From Patescibacteria group bacterium (lineage in GTDB: Bacteria > Patescibacteriota > Minisyncoccia > Phycocordibacterales > UBA918), in contig JAZKFU010000005.1 in the NCBI GenBank assembly GCA_040386275.1, forward strand, positions 7,378 to 71,377: a stretch of DNA of 64,000 bases. Direction: 5' to 3'. Position 1 is the stretch's first letter, and each line of letters opens with the position of its first letter. Below the pieces are notes generated by a model, which was not told where the DNA came from, did not search any database, and saw only the letters and a program-made list of their open reading frames with translations. Below are positions 19,448 to 29,865 of the stretch, piece after piece. The translations under genes and the position numbers were made by a program.

Positions 19448-21649
19448 TTAAGCAAAGTTTATACCTAACTGCGCGCCATACACGGTATTGTCAGACCATT
19501 TACGCCACATTTTAAGCGAAGAAGGATTGGCAGAGGTAGCATGAATAACATTAGCTTCAATATTGTTTCGTATTTCTTCCAATTGTGATGAGTTGATAGC
19601 ACCAGTTTTCATTTTTTCTTCTACCATTTGTGGTGTTAAGTACTGTGCCATTGCTGGCTTTGTAAACACCTCGGTCGGCATTTTAGCAATATCTTGAACA
19701 CTTCGGTTCATAAGTTTTTGTCTTTGTTTGCTTGTAACGGTAGTAGAAGAAGCTGCTGAAGGAATGGATCCAGACGTTATGCTATGACCAGTTGCGGCAA
19801 TATTAGTAAAGGCATTAGTACGGGAGGCTTTAATTTCTGAAATCTCTTGTCTTGAGAATTTACCTGACTTTTCCAATGATTCGATGTGACCGTCAGTTAA
19901 ATGAGCTGCAATTTGAGTACTTTTAAGTTTGTTTATACCCAAATCAGTGCGCTGTTCATCACTCATCTCTTTAATAGTTTTGCCAAGTGTTTCAAAGGCT
20001 GAGTTCAATTCATCAGCAGTGGCTGATGTTTTAGCGAGAGTAGAGTCGGCATTTTTAAATGAGTTTACCCGTTCAATATCATCTCCTTTACGTTCATCAG
20101 CTCTGCGAGTTTGGTCTGCTCTAGCACTAATTCCAGCAGCATATTTTCTTTGCTCTTTATTTGAGCCAACTGTTCCTAATTTTGCATTACTAGCTGATTC
20201 AGCTGCGCCCCGTAAAGCACGATCAACTGTATTAGTGCTTGCTAATTTTCCTAATACACCCCCTCTCGCCTGGAGCCTGTTAAGACCACGCTCTGACATT
20301 TCTCCCGCCTTATTTACAGCCATCCGTGTACCAGCACGTGGCATGTAGGTAATGGCATTTTTAGCTCGACCAGTAATATTTTTTCCAAATGATGCAGTCA
20401 TCGTGGCACCGTGTGCGCCCATTTTTTTAGCTACCACAATAGAGGCTACTAAAAAGACAATCACCATCGCAAAAAATGGAATGGTTGGATCAATCGCAGA
20501 AGTGCTACCGGCAAATCCACCTTGAGAACCGTCTTGCGTTGTGCCAAACACGTAGGCAAAACTTCTTTGACTTGAAGGAAAGGACGAGGCAACTCTATAG
20601 GATAGATAGAGCATAAACATAAACGCTGGTGCAAAAAATGCTTGGCGGAGGAATCCACTCCAGTAGTCACGGGAATAATGTTGAAGGGCAGGAAATACCC
20701 ACCCAAGAAACATAAAAGGTGAAAAAACCATATAGATACACAATACGACGAATCGAATCATTATCATTAACGCGCCCGCTAAAAATACGTATCCTAAAAC
20801 CAATAGTACTATTGCCAGACCGACAACATATTGATATCCACCTTCAGTTTGAATATACGAAACTCCCAAAATCTCATTAATACCCATTAAATTTTTGAAC
20901 GATTCCGTTAGACTAAAAACTCCCGGACTAGTGCCCGCAAAAGCCGTATATATTTGATACGCAGCTATATTAGAAAAATCAACGACAAATTTAGTTATAA
21001 ATAAACTAAAGTTTACCAAGAGAGCTGCTCCTATTAAAGACACGAGCATTTTTCGAGCACTACTGTCACTACTGTCTAAAATCATTTTAAACCCGATATA
21101 CACGAGTCCAAAAATAAACGTTAGATTAAAAATATCGCGAACAGTGGTCCATAAGTTGTCTATGTTTTGACCGATATTTTGATTCAAATACAATTCCCCA
21201 AAACCGATAATAAAATTATTTACGGAGTAGTCAAACATGTACCCTATCTGACCTACCACCCACCCTAAGCCGGTGACAAAGATGGCGTGTAGTAGTAAAA
21301 GTACAGGGTCACTCGTTCCTCCTGTTTGCACTAAGGGTACCGGTTCTGTTTGATTTGCACTCCCCGAATAATCGTCACCATAAGGCACATTTCCTGCTCC
21401 AGTTCCGCCTGTGGCCCCACCACCTGTGCCGGCACCGGGTCCGTTACCTCCAACTGGAAATGTTCCAGGTCCTCCAACAGGTATTGGTGGAGGATTAGCT
21501 GCACCGCCTGAATCAGCTCCTCCGCCTTGAGCAAGTACCTGAGCAAAACTGCTTAAGAAGAGTGTACTTAATATTAAGAGTAAAAAGACAAAGGAAATAC
21601 CCCGTTTACCTAATTTATCTCCACTGAAAATACCGACCAAATAAGTCAT
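19448..21649 (-). CDS. VirB6/TrbL-like polytopic membrane protein
   Basis: W..VRDIFN..FIF.L.YIG, ALLVNFSLFI, RFV.L..., FFAP.F.F.LY; Gly-rich N-terminus, charged C-terminus. Confidence 0.75.
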   Translation of the reverse strand: MTYLVGIFSGDKLGKRGISFVFLLLILSTLFLSSFAQVLAQGGGADSGGAANPPPIPVGGPGTFPVGGNGPGAGTGGGATGGTGAGNVPYGDDYSGSANQTEPVPLVQTGGTSDPVLLLLHAIFVTGLGWVVGQIGYMFDYSVNNFIIGFGELYLNQNIGQNIDNLWTTVRDIFNLTFIFGLVYIGFKMILDSSDSSARKMLVSLIGAALLVNFSLFITKFVVDFSNIAAYQIYTAFAGTSPGVFSLTESFKNLMGINEILGVSYIQTEGGYQYVVGLAIVLLVLGYVFLAGALMIMIRFVVLCIYMVFSPFMFLGWVFPALQHYSRDYWSGFLRQAFFAPAFMFMLYLSYRVASSFPSSQRSFAYVFGTTQDGSQGGFAGSTSAIDPTIPFFAMVIVFLVASIVVAKKMGAHGATMTASFGKNITGRAKNAITYMPRAGTRMAVNKAGEMSERGLNRLQARGGVLGKLASTNTVDRALRGAAESASNAKLGTVGSNKEQRKYAAGISARADQTRRADERKGDDIERVNSFKNADSTLAKTSATADELNSAFETLGKTIKEMSDEQRTDLGINKLKSTQIAAHLTDGHIESLEKSGKFSRQEISEIKASRTNAFTNIAATGHSITSGSIPSAASSTTVTSKQRQKLMNRSVQDIAKMPTEVFTKPAMAQYLTPQMVEEKMKTGAINSSQLEEIRNNIEANVIHATSANPSSLKMWRKWSDNTVYGAQLGINFA

Positions 21650-21701
21650 TACATTAATATTCTAGCACTGCTACCGCTTCGTTTACCTAGGTTAACCACT
21701 A

Positions 21702-23390
21702 CTAAAGGTTAAGTGCTTGTCGCCAACGGGTACGATTCTGGTCTATGGTTAATTGAGTGGTAAGAGTGCCTCCAGTGACCAATGTAGAGTATTCTAATGC
21801 CACATCATTTCGTATTGAGGTAGGTGATGATGTTGAAGCACTTGAGCCAATAACCGGCACGTCAGCATTGTTGTACCTCGAAATTAAGCTAGTAAGTCTA
21901 GAAACATTGGCGGTAGTTCTTGGAACAATCACATTGAGTTCTGAAACAAGGGTTGTAAGTTGGGTAACCACCCGTGCTCCTTCTGCTTCAAGTCTGGTAA
22001 AGGTAAAGGTTGGTAACGTTGTGGCAAGCGTTCTGTCGTCAGACATGGTAGCGATGACACTTAAAGCATTGCTAATAGTGTCTAATTGAGTTTGTACTAC
22101 GGTTAGGTCGGCTCGCTCTTGAGTAGTGGGGCTATCACTAAGGGCCGTGGAAACCTTACTACGAGCGCTCGTGAGGGTGTCTGAGCGGGTGATGTTGGCG
22201 AGGTTGGTGCCGGGGTTACCAGCAGCAAATAAGTTGGTAATGGCACTTTGACTGGCTGCTACCAGGCTTAATCTTCGGCTGGCTTCACTTAAGGTGCCCG
22301 AAGTCAGAGTGAGATAAGACTGTTCGGTTGTAAGAGAAGTTTGCATTTGTGACAGAGTGGCACTAGTGTTTAGTGATCCCTGGTCAACCATATCATCAAG
22401 GTAGGCACGAGTGCTTGATCCATTCAAACTGTAATCAGTATACCCAGTACCCTCACTTAGTCCCAACAGACCATTAATTCCCTCCATGGCAGCGGTTACG
22501 AGTTGATTTAACAGTGCGCCAATAAGTTCGTTAATTTCGTCTGCTTCAATAAGAGAGCGTGGTCCGGTTGAAAGTTGAAAGGTTAGTGCTTCAGAAATTA
22601 CTTGTCCCGGGGTTGAAATAGTACAGTTTTCTCGACCGCCACTACCTTCAATAGTCTCACATATTTTTTTTGATAAAAAACCATCTCCCCAGCTCGCCAC
22701 CTCAATTTCCTGGCCAGCTTCATTTTTTAATTTAATATTAAGTCGAGCCTGCGCTTCAAGGTAGGCCCCATAGGGAGTGTTTTGTGGACTACTCGTAACA
22801 TCTAGCCACTCTCCCCACCCTCCATCAGAAACTCCCGCAAAAAAACCTTCAATATTATTGGCTATATCAGAGAGTCTACAAGCGGGTGCGGTTGGTCCTG
22901 AGGGCATTCCACTGCGTGCTTGAGCGTAGGAAACGCTCAAAGCAGCTTGCACATCCAATCGAAACGGCGAACAAATAAATTCACCAATTCCACCGAGACT
23001 TCTTATATATTCTCCAGCTGCAGTATCCAAGGCATCAAGTAAAAAAGCGTTTAAATCGGTAATAAACGCGGGACTACCTTCAAAGCCCGAGTTAATCCAG
23101 TTAATCAAACTGCGAGTCATGCTACTGACCATTTGTTTGGCAATGGCCCAGCCAATTCCGTCAAGAACAGTTTCTTTTAATACTAAGCTATTAACACCAA
23201 CCGCCGTAGCTGCGTTTGATAATGCCGATGATGCTAATTCCGCTTGTTGGACAATCTGCATTCCTAATGTCGCTCCCCCGCCTGCTCCTCCCGCTTCTGC
23301 TTTATGGGTCGGTACCGAAACAGCAAAGACAGTCATGAGCAAGAAGCATGACAATGCAAGGACAGAATATTTTTTAAGGCGGTAATACAT
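21702..23390 (-). CDS. Secreted T4SS-cluster protein
   Basis: Signal peptide, WINSGF.G.PAF, TPG..I...L; conserved-looking N-half, Thr/Ser-rich helical C-half. Confidence 0.7.
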   Translation of the reverse strand: MYYRLKKYSVLALSCFLLMTVFAVSVPTHKAEAGGAGGGATLGMQIVQQAELASSALSNAATAVGVNSLVLKETVLDGIGWAIAKQMVSSMTRSLINWINSGFEGSPAFITDLNAFLLDALDTAAGEYIRSLGGIGEFICSPFRLDVQAALSVSYAQARSGMPSGPTAPACRLSDIANNIEGFFAGVSDGGWGEWLDVTSSPQNTPYGAYLEAQARLNIKLKNEAGQEIEVASWGDGFLSKKICETIEGSGGRENCTISTPGQVISEALTFQLSTGPRSLIEADEINELIGALLNQLVTAAMEGINGLLGLSEGTGYTDYSLNGSSTRAYLDDMVDQGSLNTSATLSQMQTSLTTEQSYLTLTSGTLSEASRRLSLVAASQSAITNLFAAGNPGTNLANITRSDTLTSARSKVSTALSDSPTTQERADLTVVQTQLDTISNALSVIATMSDDRTLATTLPTFTFTRLEAEGARVVTQLTTLVSELNVIVPRTTANVSRLTSLISRYNNADVPVIGSSASTSSPTSIRNDVALEYSTLVTGGTLTTQLTIDQNRTRWRQALNL

Positions 23391-23391
23391 A

Positions 23392-24288
23392 TTAATATTT
23401 AGGGCTAAAGGCTAAGAACACAAAGGCAGGGTCCCTTTCGGTAAATAAACGTACATGTGGCATAAAGGCGCTGTACATATTTTGCAAGGCAATCCCAAGA
23501 CCCTTGGTATCGTCTTGGTACCGTCGCACTCGTAATAACGCCACTACCGGATCGTCGTACACGAGTTTAAGTCCACTCAAGGTGGAATACATAGCTTGAT
23601 AGACATTGATCAAATCAAGATGCTGTTTTTCAAACCCCGTAGGCACTGGAGTGGCGAGCGTTTGATCACGGAGGTTTTTATACATCGTGATGAGCGGGTC
23701 TAGTTTCTTTAGTTCTTCTGGGTTTTCGGTTTGCAAAGCCCGTTCAATAATCGCCAGGTCGCTATCTCCCTTTACGTTATTATTGATAATAATTTGACCT
23801 AATGTGTTTGCGTACGTTCTTATAGCTTCGTCATTGGTACCAATAACTTGAATTTGATTAAGTTTAAAAATATAGTCGTTCATGGCGGTGCTACGAAGCA
23901 TTTCCGCGGTATCGGCTACTACTTGTTGCGGATTTGGGCCAACATTACCTCGGCCTTTAGCCTGCAGTACATTTTGAAATAGTTGAATCCCCACTTGATC
24001 CGTCAGTGAGGTTGGTGGTGTGTATTGTACTGGTCCTGCTACATCTGAATTATCAATAATTATAGGCGTATTATTAACAAATTCCTCTCGCCAATCTTCA
24101 ATTCCATTATCGTCAGCGTCGATAACTGGAATGTAATTTCGGGCGGCAGCTGGACTAGCGCCTAATCCATACACCGGTTCATTTTGAGTATCAATCCGAG
24201 GAGCATTAAAGTTACTGATGGTATAGGCACCAGCAACCAGCGCAAAACCAACCACAAATGCGCCGAGAATTTTTGGATTATATGCCAT
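23392..24288 (-). CDS. Membrane-anchored protein with D.D.NG..DW.E Ca-binding-like motif
   Basis: N-terminal TM, DADDNGIEDWREE; first gene of the operon. Confidence 0.7.
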   Translation of the reverse strand: MAYNPKILGAFVVGFALVAGAYTISNFNAPRIDTQNEPVYGLGASPAAARNYIPVIDADDNGIEDWREEFVNNTPIIIDNSDVAGPVQYTPPTSLTDQVGIQLFQNVLQAKGRGNVGPNPQQVVADTAEMLRSTAMNDYIFKLNQIQVIGTNDEAIRTYANTLGQIIINNNVKGDSDLAIIERALQTENPEELKKLDPLITMYKNLRDQTLATPVPTGFEKQHLDLINVYQAMYSTLSGLKLVYDDPVVALLRVRRYQDDTKGLGIALQNMYSAFMPHVRLFTERDPAFVFLAFSPKY

Positions 24289-24359
24289 TACGAATTATTA
24301 TAGCAACTACAAGGATTACTTTTAGCCTAGTAGTGTATAAGTTGTGTAAATCTTGTTGA

Positions 24360-25250
24360 TTACTCTGTCGATAACACTTGCGTAAGGTTGGGTATATGGA
24401 TGAGATGTTTAGTTAATGAAAGCCATGTGGGGAGCGGTAGGGTTTCGGCGCGGGCGTCTAGTCGTATTTTGAGGGTGGTAAAAAGTTGCTCAAGGGTACC
24501 CCGGTCGTAGCGATGAGAAAAATTAGACAGTAATTGCTTACGTTTTTGACCAAAACCCAGATGCAGGAGTTCAAAAAACAGCTGTTGTTCCGCGACCGAA
24601 GCAAAATTATTGGTGGTAATGTCGCTCACTCGTAAAATTGCCGAATCAACCTTCGGTTTTGGGTTAAAATGGCCTCGCGTAACGGTTTTTATGTACTTAG
24701 GGACGCCAAAAGCCTGTACCGACAGTGATAAAATAGACGATTTACTCGCTCTGGCAATCCGCTCCACTACCTCTTTTTGCATTAAAAACACTAATTGGGA
24801 GGGTTGAATCGGGTTTTCAAGGAAGGTTCGCAATAAAAACCCCGATAAATAGTACGGAATATTAGCCACTACTTTAAATTGCTGGTGTGTAAGACCTAAA
24901 TCACTCACCGAAAGCTCCCGGGCATCAAAATGTATTAGGGTTAGCTGTTTTGAGGTTATGTAGTCTTTAAATACATCTTCTAAAATAACTACCGCCCGAT
25001 TATCAGCTTCTAAGGCTATTACGTTTGCTCCCGTTGCCAACAGCGACTTAGTTAAGGCTCCTGTTCCAGGGCCAATTTCTATCACGGTATCGTTACGCGT
25101 TACTTCCCCAGCTTCGGTGAGCCATTTGGGCACTACATCGCTCGTAAGAAAATTTTGCCCGAGGGATTTTTTATGCAAAAATTTCTCCACCCCCTCCCCC
25201 TCTTCTGTATGTCCATAATGAGTACGCTTCATATACCCCCGAGCATACAT
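24360..25250 (-). CDS. rsmA: 16S rRNA m6,2A dimethyltransferase
   Basis: KKSLGQNFL, EIGPG.G.LT, ANIPY, MQKEV, F.P.PKVDS. Confidence 0.96.
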   Translation of the reverse strand: MYARGYMKRTHYGHTEEGEGVEKFLHKKSLGQNFLTSDVVPKWLTEAGEVTRNDTVIEIGPGTGALTKSLLATGANVIALEADNRAVVILEDVFKDYITSKQLTLIHFDARELSVSDLGLTHQQFKVVANIPYYLSGFLLRTFLENPIQPSQLVFLMQKEVVERIARASKSSILSLSVQAFGVPKYIKTVTRGHFNPKPKVDSAILRVSDITTNNFASVAEQQLFFELLHLGFGQKRKQLLSNFSHRYDRGTLEQLFTTLKIRLDARAETLPLPTWLSLTKHLIHIPNLTQVLSTE

Positions 25251-25273
25251 ATATATGTACTTAATTACAAGAG

Positions 25274-25336
25274 AATGTTGAATATTAAATATGGGATAGA
25301 GAATATAGAAAATGGAATATTGAAAAGTGAAGAGTT
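25274..25336. repeat. Degenerate heptamer tandem repeat (9 units, ~AATATNG)
   Basis: aatgttg aatatta aatatgg gatagag aatatag aaaatgg aatattg aaaagtg aagagtt. Confidence 0.6.
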
Positions 25337-25394
25337 TAAAGAAATAAATTCAAAATAGAAGTAAACGAATCAACAAATGTTACCCTGCATAAAA

Positions 25395-25514
25395 GGACGC
25401 TCATAAATGAGTGCAATTCAAGGCAACCAAGTAAAATGGACTGAGCCGTACTTTTTGTACGGTGAAGAGCATTTTGCGCGGGTTAACGCAGAAGTGTGCC
25501 ATTTATGCGTGTCC
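25395..25514 (-). repeat. ERIC-like intergenic hairpin, copy D
   Basis: 120 bp; minus-strand core TCACCGTAC-AAAAA-GTACGGCTC, with CTGCGTT / GCCTTGAATTG; 5 nt after the pcrA stop. Confidence 0.8.
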
Positions 25515-25519
25515 GCTCC

Positions 25520-27481
25520 TTAGTCGAGGAAGATTGTGGTCTCGTAACCGGATGAAGTATTCCCCCACCCTCTCGGGTTCTCACTCTCCACGTATTCTTT
25601 ACTAATATCATTAATAAATGTCGAAGGCACATTTACTTTTTGGGTTCCATAAATGGTGCGCATATGTGCGTAGGTCAAATACACTTTTTTCTCTGCTCGC
25701 GTTAACGCTACATAAAATAACCGACGCTCTTCTTCGTGATCAATGCCGATGTCATCGAGGCGTTCATGAGGAAACAATCCTTGCTCAAGACCACACACAA
25801 ACACGTATGGGAATTCCAGTCCTTTTGCGGAGTGTACGGTCATAAGTCGTACTGCATTTAATTCCTCTTTGTCTTTAATTTCATCTTGATCACTTTGCAG
25901 AGCGGCATTTTCAAGTAAGGCCTCAACTGCATCTTCGGGACTGAGCTCGTCGTAACGGACAGCCAGGGTAACAAGCTCCTGAAGGTTTTCCAGACGAGAT
26001 AAATCATCCTCTGTTCCGTTCTTTTTTAATTCAGTTTCTATCCCGGTCCGCTTCATAATAAATTTTAGCGTCTCAGAAAGTACTTTGGTGCGGGCTTCAT
26101 CAGCAATATCGAGCATCATTTGATCAAATCGTTCCACTTTTTCTAAGGTGGCTCCTTTGAGTTCAGCCTTCTTGCCTTCCATAACTTTAAGCATCGTTAC
26201 TTTACCTATACCACGAGCTGGCTCATTAATTACCCGGGCTAAATCAGCGGTGCTGGTAGGATTTAAGGCTAACCGAAGGTACGATAATACGTCCTTAACT
26301 TCTTTACGTTCAAAGAATTTTGTACCCAAAAGCTGGTAGGAAACCCCGTAGTTAAGGAATGCTTCTTCTAGCACTCGAGATTGGAAGTTCGTTCGATAGA
26401 GCACGGCAATCTGGGATGGTTCTAGGCCGTCTTCGATAAGTTTTTTTGCGGTGCGGGCAATGTATTCAGCTTCGTCAGGACCAGTCATAGCGGCATAGAG
26501 GGATATTTTCTCCCCATCCCCATTACTGGTGAATACTTCTTTAGCAACGCGATTTTTATTTTTTTCAATGACATCATTTGACGCACCAATGATGTTTTTA
26601 GTGGAACGATAGTTTTCTTCAAGGAGTATGGTAGTAGCAGTAGGGAAAAACCTTTCAAACTGTAGTACGTTTTTAATATCTGCTCCTCGCCAGGAGTAAA
26701 TATTTTGGTCGATATCTCCCACGACGCATAAATTGTGACGTTCGCCAGTTAGTAATTTAGCAATTTCAAATTGTACGCGATTAGTATCTTGATACTCATC
26801 AACGTGAATGTATTGAAAACGGTTTTGCAGCGTTGTGCGTACAGTTTGGTTTTGTTCAATTAAACGTAAGGTTTTAATCAGTAAATCATCAAAATCTAAG
26901 GCGTGTTCTCCCTTCATTATTTCTTCATACTTCACCCAGACATCACCCGCTACCCGATCCGGATATGATGAGGCTTCGTCTTTAAAAGCAGCAGGTGATT
27001 TTGCATCACCTTTTGCTTTAGAAATTTTACTGAGAATTTTTCGGGGTTCAAATTCTTTTGGGTCGTTATTTGTAGCCTCCAGAGCCTGTTTGATGGCCCG
27101 TAAACTGTCACTTCGATCATAGATAGTGAAGTGACGACGTAATCCAACCGCTTCGTGGAACTCGCGTAAAATCCGGACTCCGAGGGCATGGAAGGTGGTG
27201 ACGGTGGGTAGTGAATTAACTACCGTTCCGTTTGAAGTGGGAAATTCATGAATCAATTTTTCTACCCGCTCGCGCATTTCTTTAGCTGCTTTATTGGTAA
27301 AGGTAACGGCTAAAATGTTGTGTGGGGCTACCCCGCCTTGGATTAAATGGACAATCCGATGAGTAATTACACGGGTTTTTCCTGAGCCGGCGCCGGCGAG
27401 AATAAGTAAAGGACCTTTCGTGTGCAATACGGCTTGTTTTTGAGGGGTATTTAAACCTGAAAAGTACGGTGCATCATTCAT
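25520..27481 (-). CDS. pcrA: ATP-dependent DNA helicase PcrA/UvrD
   Basis: AGAGSGKT, TFTNKAA.EM, VDEYQDTN, LEENYRS, H.AKGLEF, EERRLFYVA.TRA. Confidence 0.96.
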   Translation of the reverse strand: MNDAPYFSGLNTPQKQAVLHTKGPLLILAGAGSGKTRVITHRIVHLIQGGVAPHNILAVTFTNKAAKEMRERVEKLIHEFPTSNGTVVNSLPTVTTFHALGVRILREFHEAVGLRRHFTIYDRSDSLRAIKQALEATNNDPKEFEPRKILSKISKAKGDAKSPAAFKDEASSYPDRVAGDVWVKYEEIMKGEHALDFDDLLIKTLRLIEQNQTVRTTLQNRFQYIHVDEYQDTNRVQFEIAKLLTGERHNLCVVGDIDQNIYSWRGADIKNVLQFERFFPTATTILLEENYRSTKNIIGASNDVIEKNKNRVAKEVFTSNGDGEKISLYAAMTGPDEAEYIARTAKKLIEDGLEPSQIAVLYRTNFQSRVLEEAFLNYGVSYQLLGTKFFERKEVKDVLSYLRLALNPTSTADLARVINEPARGIGKVTMLKVMEGKKAELKGATLEKVERFDQMMLDIADEARTKVLSETLKFIMKRTGIETELKKNGTEDDLSRLENLQELVTLAVRYDELSPEDAVEALLENAALQSDQDEIKDKEELNAVRLMTVHSAKGLEFPYVFVCGLEQGLFPHERLDDIGIDHEEERRLFYVALTRAEKKVYLTYAHMRTIYGTQKVNVPSTFINDISKEYVESENPRGWGNTSSGYETTIFLD

Positions 27482-27811
27482 AACGGTGACACTATACCAT
27501 ACCTGGTAAAAAAACCATTAATTAGATTTAATAAAGTGTCAATAGAATAAAAACAGTTATTTTTATACCTATTTCGACCCTTCCCTCCCTCGACTGGGGA
27601 AAGTGCATTACGTCAATTGTACTTACGGAAGACTCTAGTAGAATTAGCGCATTACCAACGTGTGGTAACGGCAGAAGAGCCTTTGGCTCTTTTTGTTTCG
27701 ACAAAATTTCCTGTAGCGGTTGTACGGCGGCGTGTCCATAACTTAACAACTATTCAACCAACTCCACCAAAGTCCAAAACAATTCTCGTACTTGACCGTA
27801 TGGTTGCTCGG

Positions 27812-28849
27812 ATGAAACATAGAACAATTACAAAACGCCTCGCGCGATATAGTTTTGACGGTGTATTACTGATTGTATCGATTGTTGTCCCGTTATCTGT
27901 ACAAGCGGGTGTTTTCCCATCCTTTAAAGACGTGGGTGAAACTCCTCAAGTAACTGAATTTAATCCCACTGAATCATTAGTAGATGTAACGGTATTAACT
28001 GCCGCTCAAAATGCAGAACCACACGATGCTCGAGGCGGATCTGATGTTTTAGCACAAGATGGGGTATTGGTTTCAACCGGTCCGGTAGGAGCGGATGAGA
28101 TTACCGCATCTCGCACCAATGGTGGAGAAATTAGTGTGTATGTAGTTCGGGCCGGGGATTCCCTTTCTGAGATTGCCGCTATGTTTGGCGTGACTTCAAA
28201 TACTATTTTATGGGCTAATGATTTGCCGCGCGCTTCAGCTATTAAGCCCGGTGACACATTAATTATTCTTCCTATTGCCGGTGTCAGACACGTGGTTAAA
28301 TCAGGTGATACACTTTCCAGTATTGCTAAAAAATACAAAGGAAACGCAGAAGAAATTTTGTCCTACAATCAATTAGAGAATAATAATGATTTAGCGATTG
28401 GCGATACGATTGTTATTCCAGGTGGTGCCCTGCACGTTGAATCAGCTCCTCTTTCTACAAAAACAGCCAAGAAGAGTAGCACCATTAAAAATACTGCGAC
28501 TGGGGGTAGTTCATTCTCGCATCCAATTCCAGGTGGAGTAAAAACTCAAGGTATCCATGGTTCAAACGGCGTCGACTTTGGAGCGGGTATTGGAACAACT
28601 ATTCGCGCAGCCGCTGCCGGACAAGTTATCGTTGCCAAGAGTACTGGCTGGAACGGAGGATATGGTAACTACATTGTAATTAAACATGCCAATGGTACGC
28701 AGACACTGTACGCCCACCTCTCTCGAGTTGATGTCGGAGTAGGTGCTTCAGTTGCTTCTGGAGAATCAATTGGTGCTTCAGGAAATAGTGGTAAGTCGAC
28801 GGGGCCACATCTTCACTTTGAAGTTCGTGGAGGAAAAAATCCTTTCTAA
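27812..28849 (+). CDS. LysM-domain M23 peptidase
   Basis: Two LysM repeats (YVVRAGDSLS.IA, HVVKSGDTLS.IA), H.GVD and STGPHLHFE; start placed at MKHRT. Confidence 0.92.
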   Translation: MKHRTITKRLARYSFDGVLLIVSIVVPLSVQAGVFPSFKDVGETPQVTEFNPTESLVDVTVLTAAQNAEPHDARGGSDVLAQDGVLVSTGPVGADEITASRTNGGEISVYVVRAGDSLSEIAAMFGVTSNTILWANDLPRASAIKPGDTLIILPIAGVRHVVKSGDTLSSIAKKYKGNAEEILSYNQLENNNDLAIGDTIVIPGGALHVESAPLSTKTAKKSSTIKNTATGGSSFSHPIPGGVKTQGIHGSNGVDFGAGIGTTIRAAAAGQVIVAKSTGWNGGYGNYIVIKHANGTQTLYAHLSRVDVGVGASVASGESIGASGNSGKSTGPHLHFEVRGGKNPF

Positions 28850-28959
28850 TTTCGGCGCATTCCGTTGTCGCTACAGAAAATGGCGTTCGTCGTATATTGA
28901 ATACGCCTCGCGCCATTTTTCTTAGGCTCCTAGGACTGCATCCAAAATAAGAAAGGATT
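28838..28959 (+). repeat. ERIC-like intergenic hairpin, copy E
   Basis: 122 bp; TTCCGTTGT ... TCGTCGTAT-ATTGA-ATACGCCTC ... TCCTAGGACTG; outer arm overlaps the M23 stop codon. Confidence 0.78.
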
Positions 28960-29183
28960 ATCTCGTTGCTCCAAAACTTTTCCTTGCGCGCCTCGACCTT
29001 CATTGTGTTGAGCAAGTTTGTATTTTACCAAATATTCTTATTGTATTACTAGTGTATAATTTTTAAATGAGTCGTATCTGGCCGCTCTTTTGTAGTCCTG
29101 GTAACTGTTTTTTACATAGTTTGTTCCAGATTGCCGCAATTAATCTTTAGTATCAAACGCAAAACGTAGTATATACTTGTTAT

Positions 29184-29738
29184 ATGAAATTGCAGAACAA
29201 TGGTTTTACTTTACTGGAATTGCTAGTTGTTCTGACTATAATTGGAATGCTGGCTTCAATTGTGATTGCAAGTATTAGTGAGGCGCGCGAGAAAGGTCGC
29301 ATTGCAAAAGCACAGGCTGAACTGAACCAGTTATCGATAGCTATGGAACTACTCTTCAATGACACTGGATATTATCCATCTGGTGAACCAAACGTTACTA
29401 CGGTATGTGCCCGTACAATAGCGACAAATGAAATTCGTGCATCCTACCCACGTGCGGGACTTGTCTCCAATGGTCAAAGTTGGACTACCTGGAATGGACC
29501 ATACATTCGAATCGGGGACGACCCTTGGGGCACACCGTATTTTTTTGACAGCGATTACGAGTGTTCTCCTGAAGTGCTTGGTTGTAATGGTATCAATGAC
29601 AACGGGCAGCTTATCTCCTCGGTAATTATAAGTTGTGGCCCGAATAGAGACCTCACGGGTAGTGACGCGTCTGGAAATCTTCAGTGTGACAGTGATAGTG
29701 ATAATATTGTGTTTCGAATCTGCCGTAATGGTTACTAA
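29184..29738 (+). CDS. Type IV pilin / GspG-like pseudopilin
   Basis: Class III signal GFTLLELLVV, D.G.YP, W.GPY, DPWG..Y. Confidence 0.9.
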   Translation: MKLQNNGFTLLELLVVLTIIGMLASIVIASISEAREKGRIAKAQAELNQLSIAMELLFNDTGYYPSGEPNVTTVCARTIATNEIRASYPRAGLVSNGQSWTTWNGPYIRIGDDPWGTPYFFDSDYECSPEVLGCNGINDNGQLISSVIISCGPNRDLTGSDASGNLQCDSDSDNIVFRICRNGY

Positions 29739-29747
29739 ATAAAAAAC

Positions 29748-29858
29748 TCAAAATAGACTAATCTCTTCTTCAGATTAGAAATAGCTCGTCACCGTACTAA
29801 TGTAGGCTCTGAGTTTTTTGTTAATTTGCCTTCACTTCTATTCTAAAATTATTTTTGA
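29748..29858 (+). repeat. Degenerate ERIC-like hairpin, copy H
   Basis: Core TCACCGTAC-TAAT-GTAGGCTC (29789-29809), downstream GCCTT; eroded stems. Confidence 0.55.
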
Positions 29859-29865
29859 TATCCCA

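Noticed and set aside
25155-25358. 67-aa + strand ORF
   Set aside because: Antisense to the rsmA start and produced by the heptamer repeat.
27617-27811. 65-aa N-terminal extension of the M23 ORF
   Set aside because: It begins at a TTG within a promoter-like sequence and crosses a terminator-like hairpin. The later ATG gives a signal-like N-terminus.
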